DNA of 64,000 bases from Antechinus flavipes (taxonomy: Eukaryota): positions 61,380,001 through 61,444,000 of the forward strand of contig NC_067399.1 of NCBI RefSeq assembly GCF_016432865.1. Reading direction: 5' to 3'. The notes under the pieces were generated by a model. It was not told where the DNA came from. It ran no database searches and was given only the letters and a program-made list of their open reading frames with translations. Shown in pieces: positions 37,544 through 48,612 of the stretch; the stretch's first letter is position 1, and every line of letters starts with the position of its first letter. The translations under genes and the position numbers were made by a program.

Positions 37544-40500
37544 TCAGAGGTTGAGGACCGGCACATCAAAGAGGTCACAGACACCTTCACTTTCGTCCAG
37601 GTTGTAGATGTAGTCGTGGTCTCCAGGAGGAGGAGAGAGGCGGAGCAGAGGGGCAAACACTGTGGGAGAGAAAGCAGCTCAGGCCCACCCTGGGCCTGGG
37701 GTCTGCCTGTCCGCTCCCTGGGCCAGCAGGTATGGGGGGGACTGGCCAGAGCCCTGCCCCACCCCCACCAGGCTACCCACCTTCTGAGGACATCAACTCC
37801 TCCAGCAGCCCGGAATTCATGCACTCTGGAAGGAAAAAGGCTTTTGGTATACACTCCTGCTCCCGTTTTGGAAATCTTATTGGGATCAGCAGGAATCGCG
37901 GCCACTGGGGAGCAGGGAGAGGGATGGCCGGGATAGGGGAGGCTCTGGAAATCTGGGCAATCTTGGAGACAAGGGTCCCTGTCCCCAGGGCCTCAGACCC
38001 ACAGACTTTACTTCCTTTATTTCCCTGAGACCCCCTTTTGTCAGCCAGGTGATTGGAAAGGCCGTTAGGCCCAGACCAGCCCAATAAGCCGAAAGGAGCG
38101 GAGTCTGGGCCCAGAATTGGAGAGCAAGGAGGCAGCTCTGGGAAGGCTCCCTAGCCAGGTGGGCAGCTGCCGTTTTGGTTGTCCAAGGCCTCCTCAGTCT
38201 TACTGAAATGCTTCCCCCTCCCCGCCAGAGATGGCTAGATGGGCCAGAGAATCACAGCCTTAGCACTCACAGGGACTTTCACTCCCTCAGTTCACAGATG
38301 AGGAAACAGTCCAAGAGCAATCCAGCGAGCTAGCCGAGTGTCTGAGGCAGGCTGAAACCCAGGCCCACCCGGGGTCCAAGCGCGCCACCCCACCCACTCC
38401 ACCCCAGCAGCACAGGCGACATCCCAAGAGGGGCGATCAGAGCGCCGGGAGAACGGTGCAGAGTCTGGCTGGGGCCCCTACCTCTCGTGGGATCAAACAT
38501 TTCTGACAGCTCTTTGGGGAGTTCCAGTACTGAAATAAAAACCAGAGTCAGGACCTTCACACCCACATCCCACCAACCCCTGGCACCTCCCTTTCATCAA
38601 GGACCTGTGGGCCTGGGGCTGCTGTTCTATCCTACCTCCTCCCAGACCATCAGGAGGAGCAGCTGCTGCCAGCTCTCCTCCTTCTCTCAAGCTACGCTAC
38701 TGCTGATGTGTCTCAAAGCCATCAGCAAACAGCCATTAAAGGGTCTACATAAATTCAAGGCTGACTCTAGTTCTAGTCCTGACCACTTCTTTCTCTAAGG
38801 AGCATAGCTCACCTGAACAACTTGAAAACTAAGACCTGGGAGGAAAGGGGCGGGAGGGAAAAAGAACCTTGCACTCCCTCTATTCTCAATGCTGCCTCCC
38901 CCCCACCCCTACACCCCCAATGCAGATACACACAGACCCCTGTGTGAGCTTGTTCTTCCTCACAGTTCCTCCCTAGGTCTGGATGTCTTCTGTGTCTATC
39001 TCCCTTCTGGGACGTGCTTGGTCAGGATCTCACACAGCATTTTTGTCCTGCACCTCTCTAGCAAGCCACACTGTGTCACAGAGCTGGTGTTTCATTCCCA
39101 CCCTAGACTGTAAGACCCCTGCAGGCAGGGAGCAAGCCAAAGAATAGCTTTACAATGTTCTGGCACTGAGCACAAGGCTCCCCACGTGGTAAGGTCTGAA
39201 GATTGGCTGTAGGCCTGGAGTCTAGTGTGGTTCTGAGTGCACTGACTCAAGTCATCAAACCTGTTTCCTCATCTCTGAAAGGAAGGGAAGCCTATCTCCC
39301 CTGCTGACATTACTGGGATGCTGGACAATTAGAGGAGGAAATGAATGTGAAGGGTGCACACTGTCACCGTGCAGAAGGCGCTCTGTCAGCACTGTGACTG
39401 GCCCAGTCTGAGGCTCTGCTGTTGGGACCATGACTATAAAAGAACACCTTTCTAGGACCCCTGGAAAAGCCTCTTGTGCAGTTGCCTCCTGGGCCATCAG
39501 GAGGAAGGGGTTTTGAGGATCTTATGCCCCTTTCTTCTGCCTGAGTACCAAAGACAAGATTTATATAGGGACAACAGTGACAAACATCAGGCAGAAGGCA
39601 CAGTCAATTCATTCCATGAGCCTCGGTTTCCCCTTCTATCCAATGAAGAAGCTGGACTAGATTGGCCCAGATGGCTCTTTCTGCTCTGCTGTCTCTCACT
39701 AGGAGAGTAGAAGAAGCAGGAGATACAATGAGCCACTACTCTCCCCCTACTTGGGCAAGCAAATACTCACTGCCTGTAGGATCCGGCTTGATTGGCTCAA
39801 AAGAGGTAGAAGGGTTGGGCAAGATGGAGCTGCTGTCCAGCGAGGCCGAGGACTGGAGTGGCTGGGTGTCCAGTGCAGCAGTGGACGCGGTGCCGAGAGT
39901 ACCGAGGACACCGGCATCCTTGCTGTCAGTCCCAGGACTGCTGCTGCTTCCTGCAACTATACCCCCATGTGCCACCCCAAAGGTTAAGCCATAGGGTAAT
40001 ACATCCTCAAAACGAAGAGTCCCCAAGCTTCCTTCACCAGGCTGATTTAGCCCCTAGCTCCTTCCCATTGTAAAGACCAAGGAAATACAACCGAGAATCT
40101 AGAAAGAAGCTAAGTCTCAGGGAGTTTGGGGTCAATGGTACAGGTCAGAAAGGGGGTGGCCCTGGAAGCTCTTTCATTATTAGTAACAGTTTCCAGAACA
40201 AGAGAAGTACTAAAGTCTCTGAAAACAAAGGACTTTCTATTATCGTGGATATTAATAGGATAAGGATAAAGTGCTGCACTGGGTTTCCAAAAATCAGCTA
40301 TGCAAGTTAACAATCCCCATTGGGAGGGCATGCTGAGAGGAGCATGTGAATCCCCAAGTCCTAATTTCAGGGCTGGACATCGTGTCAGGAATGATAACCT
40401 TAGCTCAAATCATAGTTTAGCCACAGGAGCACAGCCAGCTGAGGGACCTTGGAACGAGGCCACTGCAGGATGACCTGGAGGAGCTGAGGATCTTTATCAA

Positions 40501-43500
40501 GTTTAGAAAAGAGAGGGCACAATTTCTGCCTTTGAATGTCTATAAGACTACCTCAGAAGGGTTGGGCTCATTCAATGTGGTGATTCCATCATGAGGTGTA
40601 GAAGACTAACAAGGAAAAACTTCTAATCCTCATGGATTGTTCAGAGTACAAATGGGCTGCTTCAGATGATCTCTGAACAATGGAAGTTTCCCCCAGCCCC
40701 AGGGGAGTTGGGGAACTTCTGCTCCCTGGTTAAAAACCAGGACTCTGTGAATATGCTTTTCTTTCTGTTTCTTTTTTTTTTTTTAAATATTTTTGATAAC
40801 ATTCAATATATTTTGATTGGGGGAAAATATTTTATATTTTGATAACATTCAATATATTTTGATTGGGGGAAAATAAAATATTTTAAAAATATTTTGAGAA
40901 CTGGATTTCAATCTAAGTGGTTTCCTTATTAATCACATATATTATTTTACATCCTAAAATTTTGATTCCAATATAAGGCTTATGGATCTCCCTAGACTAC
41001 CTCCAAAGAAATCCAGGTCACACACAACATAGGCAAGACTCCCTGCTGTCATGGAGAATTCTGCCTGTCACTGTGGGAGGCTGGACCCAAAGTTTATCAC
41101 CTGATGCAAACAGAGGCTCCAAGTCTCATCTGAGCTGACCTTCCATCCTTCTGTCCTGTCTAACCCAGCACAGGCTCCTCCCTCCCTCTAGTCTCTCTTA
41201 CCTGGGCTGGCTGCTGGCTGCCCAATGGCACTCTGGTCCTGGGTGCTGGTTGGAGTGGAGGGACGGGGGCTGCTGGGGATTGAGGTCTCCTGGTGTTGAG
41301 AGGGTGCTGGTCTTGGCTGTGGAGGGGAAGGAATGGCTGCCTGGCACTGAAGGAGATCCTCAGGAGGAGGCACAGGGACCACCACAGGGGGAGAGCTCCA
41401 CGCGTCCTTGTTCACCAGCAGCACGTCGATGGGGCCGCTTGTACTCCTCAAGTGGATCTGATACTTCTTCTGCCCATTTAGGCCCTAGGGAGCCAAAGAA
41501 CTTGGCTCAGAGCTGACAGCAAGGGCAACTGGAGAGAAGATCCTGGCCAAGAGGAGAGCCTCTGCCTCACGTGTCAAAGCTCAGGAACCCCCTTTCAGCC
41601 AGCCTCCCTTCTGCCACCAGGGTCTCTCCAGATGTCAGTTCTCTCTCCATGCCCTCCCCTGCTCCACCCTATTCCTGAGTTATCAGCCTTAGCAGCTGGT
41701 GCTCTTTGCAGCCTATGCCCGTCTCCTCTCTCCAAAATGCACCCACCTCAGGGACTGGCACTTCCAGGCTGGTACCTGATGGGGCCCGAATAGCCAACAG
41801 AGTGTCCCCTGGAACACAGACAGCAAGTTGTAGTTGAGAACAGGACCTCTGTCTGCAAAGGCTGAGGGCAGACAAGGGGATAAAGCCACAGCAGGTAGAT
41901 ATGCTATGGGGGACTTGGAACCCTCTGTGTCTACCTCAGCCCACCAAAATCAGTCCAGCTTCCTTTGGGGGAGGCTAGAATGTCTCAGTCTCTTCAAGAA
42001 AAGGGTTCCCAAGAACAATGAGCAACACAAATCATGAATCAAGGATGAAGATCTCCCCAGGAGTTTCTGATGCACTTCTGGTTCTGTTTTCCCCAAGTTC
42101 CTACCTGGGTATAAGCTTTCATTTTGTACTTCCTGGAACTTCAAATGCTGGTCCTTAAAATGTGAGAAGAAAGGGCCTAGCCCTGCCCAGAGACCCAACC
42201 AATCTGGATAAGCCAAAGCTAAACGAACCACTTCAATCCCTAAGACAGATAATACATCACTCCTGGCAGAAGAAAACAAAGCCTTCACCCTCTGCCTCTT
42301 GTGGCCGGGAATCGCCAAATACTGAGATTCAGACCACACCAAGTCAGAGAGCCAACTGCCTCTTCAAAGTCACTCCAACTCTGCAGAGAAGGCCCTTCTG
42401 CACACAGATGACAAAGGGATAAAATCATGCTGAGAATAAATGATAGGGAAACAGTGAGAAAGTAAGAAGACCTTCCAACTTTGGCTTTTTACTGGGGACT
42501 GCTTCCTTATCAAATACTTTAGCATGCTGCTCACCAAGCAGAAGCATCACAGATACAGCCAAGGTCAAGCTCCAACTCCTAGGCCCCAAACCCTTGCAGG
42601 TCCAATAGCATCGAGGTCAAGATTTCACTTTCTCTTTCCCATGTGCCTCATCATTCATCCAATTTGTCCTGACTAAGCTACAGTCATCCTCTATCACAAA
42701 TGGCACGGCATAATGAAATCAATTAAATTGGAAGGTGAAGGGGCCTAATTTTAAATCCTGTGCCTGCCCTGCCATTAAGTTGAAACACGATCTTAAAGCA
42801 AATCAGTTCCTCTGCTGCAGATACGAGCTTGGTGTTGCACTGGAGTCAGACCTATGTTTCAAATCTGGCCTTGGATGCTCTTGGCTGTATGACTCTAAGC
42901 AAGTCACTTAACCTCTGCCTCAGTTTCCTCCCAGGATTGTTATAAGAGTAAAATGAAATATTTGTAAAGTCTTAACATGAATATCCACCATTATGATTAA
43001 CATTGGGCTTCATTTTATTCATCTATAAAATGAGGCAGGGCTAGATAACGTCCTCTTCAATTTCAGTGTTTAATGTCCCTTCTGGCTCTGTTCTACTGAT
43101 GAAGGGAAACCACAGATAGTATTTTCCCCCATAGAACCTGAGCTATAAATGCACCGACTAGCAACAACCTCCTTCTGACAGACACTCCTCTTCAGTCACC
43201 TATTACCTGGCAGGTGCTCACAGTGACCACCAGGCTCTGTGGAGAACAATGACTTCTCTTAGGCAGGTCACAGTATCATCATGGAAGAATATAAAGTCGC
43301 TTCAGTTTTCTCCAAGCTCCAGCCACCCACAACACCTACCCTGCTCACAGACATGTCACAGACTTCATGAGCAACTAGTTGGAAGTCAGGGCATAGGGTG
43401 TCCAATAAATGGGAATCCCCAGGAACTCAAGACCAACCTCCCAGTTCCTTCCCCTAGGCAGAACAAAGAGGAACTTACTTAGGCAAGAGTAGCAAGCCTC

Positions 43501-46417
43501 CACCCCCTAGTCCCAGCCCTACCACCTCTGCCAGATCACCACATTCTGAACTGCAGACCACAAAGTTGCCACAGCTGCCAGATCAGTCCTCTGATCTGTC
43601 ACCACATTAGTGACCCTTTCCCCTTGAAAACCTTCTACTTCTGCTTGGGTGAATGGAGGAAGGGGGGAAGGGAATGTTGAAAAGAGAGCATTCAACCATC
43701 CAGGTTTGCTCACTTACCCGTAAAACATTTGCAGATATCCTCATGAGTCACATAAGCTAAAGTGCCAGGGGTTAAGGAGAAGAGCCAAAAAGTCTGCCAG
43801 GAGGAGAGGGAGGCCGTGAGGTTAGACGACTAAGACAAATGAGAGAGAACGTCTATACCTTCCTTCCAGCTCTGGAGCTCCACATGGTACTGAAAGGAAG
43901 GCAAGTTCAGAAACCCTGCAGTTACAGAGCCAAATCCACAGAAAGGGCAAATCCCCCAAAACAAAGACACCAGCTCCTTGCCTTTGCCTCCAATTCAAGC
44001 CAGACATGGGACAAGCACGAGAATAAATGCTGTGCCAGACCATCTCCTGATGACTACAGGGTAGTCTCTAAGAAAGTACTGACAAATTTAACCTGAGTGC
44101 ACAGAGGGTCCAAGCAGTAGGGACAGTGATAAGAAGCTAACACAAAGGGCTGCAGGCCAGGGAGATGTGCTGTCAAATTAGTTTAGTGACAGAGAACACA
44201 AAAGACTCTGAGGAAATGACAGGAAAGAGATCGATTCTGGGACCAGCACTTGAGAGCCAGCGTCAGATTTGAATTGAGGGGTTCCCAAGTCATGGTGTCA
44301 TAGAAAGCACATGGCCCTGGAGTCAAGAGCCCTGGTTTTTAATCCCAGCTAAAGCTTTTAAGTCACTTCCCCTCTCTGGAGCTATTTCTTGTTCAGTAAA
44401 ATGGAGATAATACTTATGCTACTTTCCTCATTGAGTTGTTGGAGGGAAAATATTTTGTAAACCCTAAAGCCCTAGAAAACAGGAACCCTTAGTACTGGCA
44501 CTGTTCTTTGAGTCTACTTTTTAAAAACTATTCTGCAATTTTCTATCTTTCTTTGCCAACACCCAAAACCTTCAGGGTGCGGCCTGACTGTATCTCTCCA
44601 CTACTGAGACCAGCCCTTGCCTTGCCTTGCCCAGCCTAAATGGCTGATTTCCTAATCCCTGGGCCTAGCAGCTCTGACCCCACTGACCTGGCAGTGAATT
44701 CCACTTTGGACACTTACAGCTGTATTACTTTACCCAAGGTGGCTCAACTCTCAGAGCTTCAAAATCAGATGCAGATGATTCTTACACTACTGATACCACA
44801 GGACTGTTTTAAGAAAAGCACTCCGTAAAGTAAAACACCCGAGGAGCAGCCAAAATGGAAACTGATTATGTCTAACCCAGGACAGTGAATGTGGAGAAAA
44901 ATCAGACAAAAAGAAAAGAGGGAGAGGGAGGCCCTGGAAGGATATCAGTTGTTCTGCACATCCTCAGTGACGTTTCGGATGCTCTGCTGGACCCACACCT
45001 TGTGCTGGTCCAGTTCCTGCTCCCGCTGTTGAAGCTCCTCGATTTCAGCCTTCAACTCGATGAGCTTGTCTGCTATTTCCCTAGTGTTACAGCCAGGTCC
45101 CACACCCCTGTATCCAATCCCCAGGTGGGGAGAAAGGAGTGAGATGGGACCTACCTCCCAATGACCTTTGCCCCTAGTATAGGCATCCTCCCAGACCCAC
45201 CCTCCTCCTCCCACCTGCCTCGCTCAGAAAGCTCAGGCCTTCTGAGAATTCTTCCCCATGACTCACTTCCACTGGATACTGTTCTTGGACTTCTTTTCAA
45301 TCAGCCCAATCCCTTCCAGGACATTCGTGATGTCATAGATTCTTCGCTTCTGCCGCACAGCCAAGGTGTCTGCTGCCTATTGGAGGAAAAGAGGAGACGC
45401 TTCAGTGTGTCCCCAAGGTCAGGGCTGGACCAGCACCACTTCAGCACCACGAGCTCAGGGCGGCCTAGAGCCACTCAGCGCATCTTCTTAGGAGGATCAT
45501 GGCCTCCAAGCCACTCCTGGAGGCCTCTGCACCTGTGCCCAACAGATGGGCCCTTTGGAAACACTCCTGCCCTGGGCTCCAAAATTCTGCTTTTTTCCAA
45601 CCCAGTTTCTCTTCCAGAGACCCAGACCTCCCTCCTTCACCTGCTTTTCCCCCTTTCCAGGGGTTGCTCCTCTCTCCAGGCTGCTCACTGGTCACCAGCC
45701 CCAGCCTCCGTTCCTCTAGCCCCGACGGATCTCCCTCCATGCCTGGCCTCACTCCCCCGTCTCCCTGACTGTTGGTCCGATGTCCACTTTCCAGGAGTGG
45801 AAGGACGTCTCTCTTAACAAGTACTTATTAAGCTCCGACTGTGTGCCAGGCCCTGCGCTAAGCTGGGGACATCCCCCCAAATAAAAAAAGCAAAAAGCAA
45901 TCCCTGCCCTCAGAGAGCTCACAGTCAGTCTAACGGGGAGACCACATGCCAACGACTGGGGACCAACATTCTATGAACCCGCTAAGCCGCGGGTGAGAAG
46001 CAAAGAGAAGGCTTTCTGCACAACGTGAAGGGAGCTAAGAGGTGGAGACAGGCAGGGAGCCCTCGCTTCCAACGACGCCCCCCTCGGCATCTCCCCCTGC
46101 CGCTTCCGGGGATGCGGCTCCGGCCCTCGTTGCTCCCGCTTGTGCTCCCCGGTGTCGGGCCCCGGCCCTCGCTTCTCCCCCTTGTCCGGCCACGGCCCTC
46201 GCTTCTCCAGCTTGTGCATCCCCGGGCCCGGCCCTCGCTTCTCCCCGGGGTCCCCACTTCGGAGCCGGGTTCGCACCAGTTTCAGGTCGAGGACTCCGTC
46301 CTTGGCCTCCTGCAGTAGCGACACAAATTTGGTCGTGAGCAGCCCCAGGCTCTTCTCGTGCCGACTCGGAGTCCCGGGAGGCGGCGGCGGCGGCGCCTGC
46401 GGCCCGGACTCCGCCAT
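37544..46417 (-). CDS. E2F4: Transcription factor E2F4, 10 coding exons, 398 aa
   Basis: Exons (-): 46417-46277, 45376-45267, 45107-44946, 43761-43718, 41808-41747, 41484-41202, 39956-39771, 38529-38482, 37825-37781, 37659-37544; 1197 nt. Intron 3 is AT-AC, the rest [49 protein letters not shown] and [25 protein letters not shown] are diagnostic. Confidence 0.97.
43762..44945 (-). other. E2F4: U12-type (minor spliceosome) AT-AC intron, E2F4 intron 3
   Basis: 5' splice site ATATCCTT (44945-44938), branch site TCCTTAAC (43778-43771), terminal AC (43763-43762). Splicing restores the frame ([11 protein letters not shown]). Confidence 0.95.
46121..46250. repeat. Degenerate GC-rich minisatellite in E2F4 intron 1
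   Basis: CGGCCCTCG(CTT/TTG)CTC core at 46121, 46163, 46193 and 46229. Confidence 0.75.
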
Positions 46418-46800
46418 GGCAGCCTGCCTCCCTAAGCCCAGGCCAGGCCGGCGCCCGCCGCCTGCCGCCGCCACTTCCGCTTCCGCTCCCCAGTGCCCGG
46501 CCGGCCGCCGCCGCGACACTTCCGTTTGAGCGGAGCTCGAGGCCTGCGCGTGCGCGCATGCGCCCCTACCGACCAGCCTCTTAAAGTGCCTGGCGCCCTC
46601 AGGGACCTTATGCTATTCCATTTCCCATGAAGAGCCGCAGAATTCCAGGGATCATGGGGAAAAGCCCAGCGAAAACAAACCAGGCTTGGCGACTAGCAAA
46701 TTTGGCGAGAAACGCTAGGGGGTCGGGTCACGTGACACCCTCGCGGCGCCCGCCTGGGTCTCGGACCCGCTGGGGAGAAGAGTAGCTTATCTCTTTCAGC
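46418..46800. promoter_or_regulatory. E2F4: E2F4 CpG-island promoter, divergent from EXOC3L1
   Basis: ETS ACTTCCG at 46473 and 46518, NRF1 GCGCATGCGC 46554-46563, E2F-like TTTGGCG at 46701, palindromic E-box GTCACGTGAC 46727-46736. Confidence 0.75.
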
Positions 46801-46879
46801 CAAGGCCGCTAAAGGTTGCAGTAGATAGGACGCAGGACCTGGGATCTGTCAAGCCGTCAAGTGACGTTTATTAAACACC

Positions 46880-47085
46880 TGCTCTGTTCCTAGCGCTGCG
46901 CGAAGTGTCGAGCTCGGGGAGACCTGAGTTCAGATTCAGCTTCAGACTCCAACTGGCTTTTCGACTAACCTGCCTCCATTTCCCAATGTGCAAAATGGGT
47001 ATATTTATAGCCCCTACCTCCCAAGGCTGTTGTAACGCGCTTTGGAAAGCGCTGTATAAGTGATAGCGGCTGGGTTTTTTGTTTT
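46880..47085 (+). mobile_element. MIR-family SINE at the CpG-island edge
   Basis: ggagacctgagttcagattcag...aatgtgcaaaatggg...cctacctcccaaggctgttgt. Confidence 0.6.
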
Positions 47086-48612
47086 TTAGCTCTTTTAAAG
47101 TTTCCCTTATCTGTGACTCGCATGACCGGCTTTCTCCCCTAGCCTGGCCCTTTTCTGTACCATCTCTAAGGGCTGGACTGGATTTCCCCTTTGAAATGGT
47201 TGTGCCGGGGATCTCTGGCTGCTCTCCTCTCGGCCCGCCGGCACTTTTCCCGCACTGTCTGACTGCGGGGTTGCGGACCTCTCCCCACACGCTCAGGCCC
47301 TGTTGCCCCAGACCGCTTGCTGGGGGCTGGGCGGGATGCCCCGCGCCCTCCCCCCACTTACAGTGCGCGGATCTCTTGTATGCAGTTATCTGCAGGCTGT
47401 CTTCCCCCATTAGAAAGAAGGCTACCTGAGGGTTTTGTTTCTTTTAACTTTCATTTTATCGACGTGATTAGCACCGTGCTGGCCCAGTAGTTAAGTGCTC
47501 AGTGATGGGCTTGACTGACACTACAGCAAAGAAGAATATTCCCTGGGTGGGGATAAACTTCAGCAACTCTTCTCCTTTCCATCCTCCTTCTGTGCCCAGG
47601 TAGAAGAGGAGGGGGCTGTGGGGTGGTCCCTTGGGGCATCCCTGCAGCCGGATGAGGCCAGAGGGGCTCCCCTTGGTCCAGTCTGAGGTGTCCATACGGA
47701 GTGATCCCCGCCCATTCTCACGTTCTGTCCCACTGAATTTATCCAAACCTACTTGTTATGATGGCCCCCTCTGCTGCTGGAGGGCTCTACCCGGCCCTCT
47801 CTGTTTTCTCCACAGTGGCAGGGGAATAGTCAATCCTAAGTTTTTTTTTTTTGTTTGTTTTTTTGTTTTTGTTTTTTTTTTTTTGTTTTGTTTTGTTTTG
47901 GTTTTTTTTGCTATGGTTACAGCAGGCAGGAAGAGAAAGGAGTATATTCCAGGGAGGGATGGAGACAGAAGTAATGTCTGTCCCCTCCTCTCCATTTCTC
48001 TTTTTACTCCCAGCTATTTCCTATACCCCTAACTTCTACTAATCCCCAGGAAAAAGAATAAAGAAAGTGAGATTGGGCAGCTGGGGTCCATTTGGGAAGG
48101 GGGGGATGCCCTAGGACATAAGAGTTGGGGATCAGAGAGCCAGGCTTGGAGGACACAAGCTAAGTGACTATGATACCGCCACTACCCTGGAGGGGACATA
48201 GACAGTAGGCAGTAACTGTAGGTGACACAAATGTCACACTAAAGCCTTACCTCATGATGAGCCCAGGCTAAGGCTGGCACTCAGAGCTTTCCCCACTGCC
48301 CTCATCCATCTAGACATTATGGATCATTCACAGGGCATTTCCCAGCAGCTCCAGTGCCCACCCCTTCACCTTCAGTCCCTCCTCCACCCTCACCCCCCCC
48401 AACACACACTCCTCCCTCCCATATCCTGAGTAGGCTGGGCAGGAACCAAGCTGCCCCAGAGGAGCCTGCCTGGAGAAGAATCCGCTTTGGCTTTTAAGCT
48501 GAGCTGAGCTTCCTCCATATTCAAGCTGAAGCTATCTCCTCATTCCCCTAACAGCTAGGCTCAGTTCCAACACCAGGCCTACCAGCCCCCTTCCTTCACT
48601 GCTGCCTGAGCC

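Noticed and set aside
44943-44947. Apparent in-frame TGA after VQNN suggesting an E2F4 pseudogene
   Set aside because: The TGA spans the exon 3/AT-AC intron boundary; U12 splicing removes it.
46418-46519. In-frame GTG 34 codons upstream of the E2F4 ATG
   Set aside because: A short open frame is expected by chance at this GC content, and the annotated ATG has a good Kozak context.
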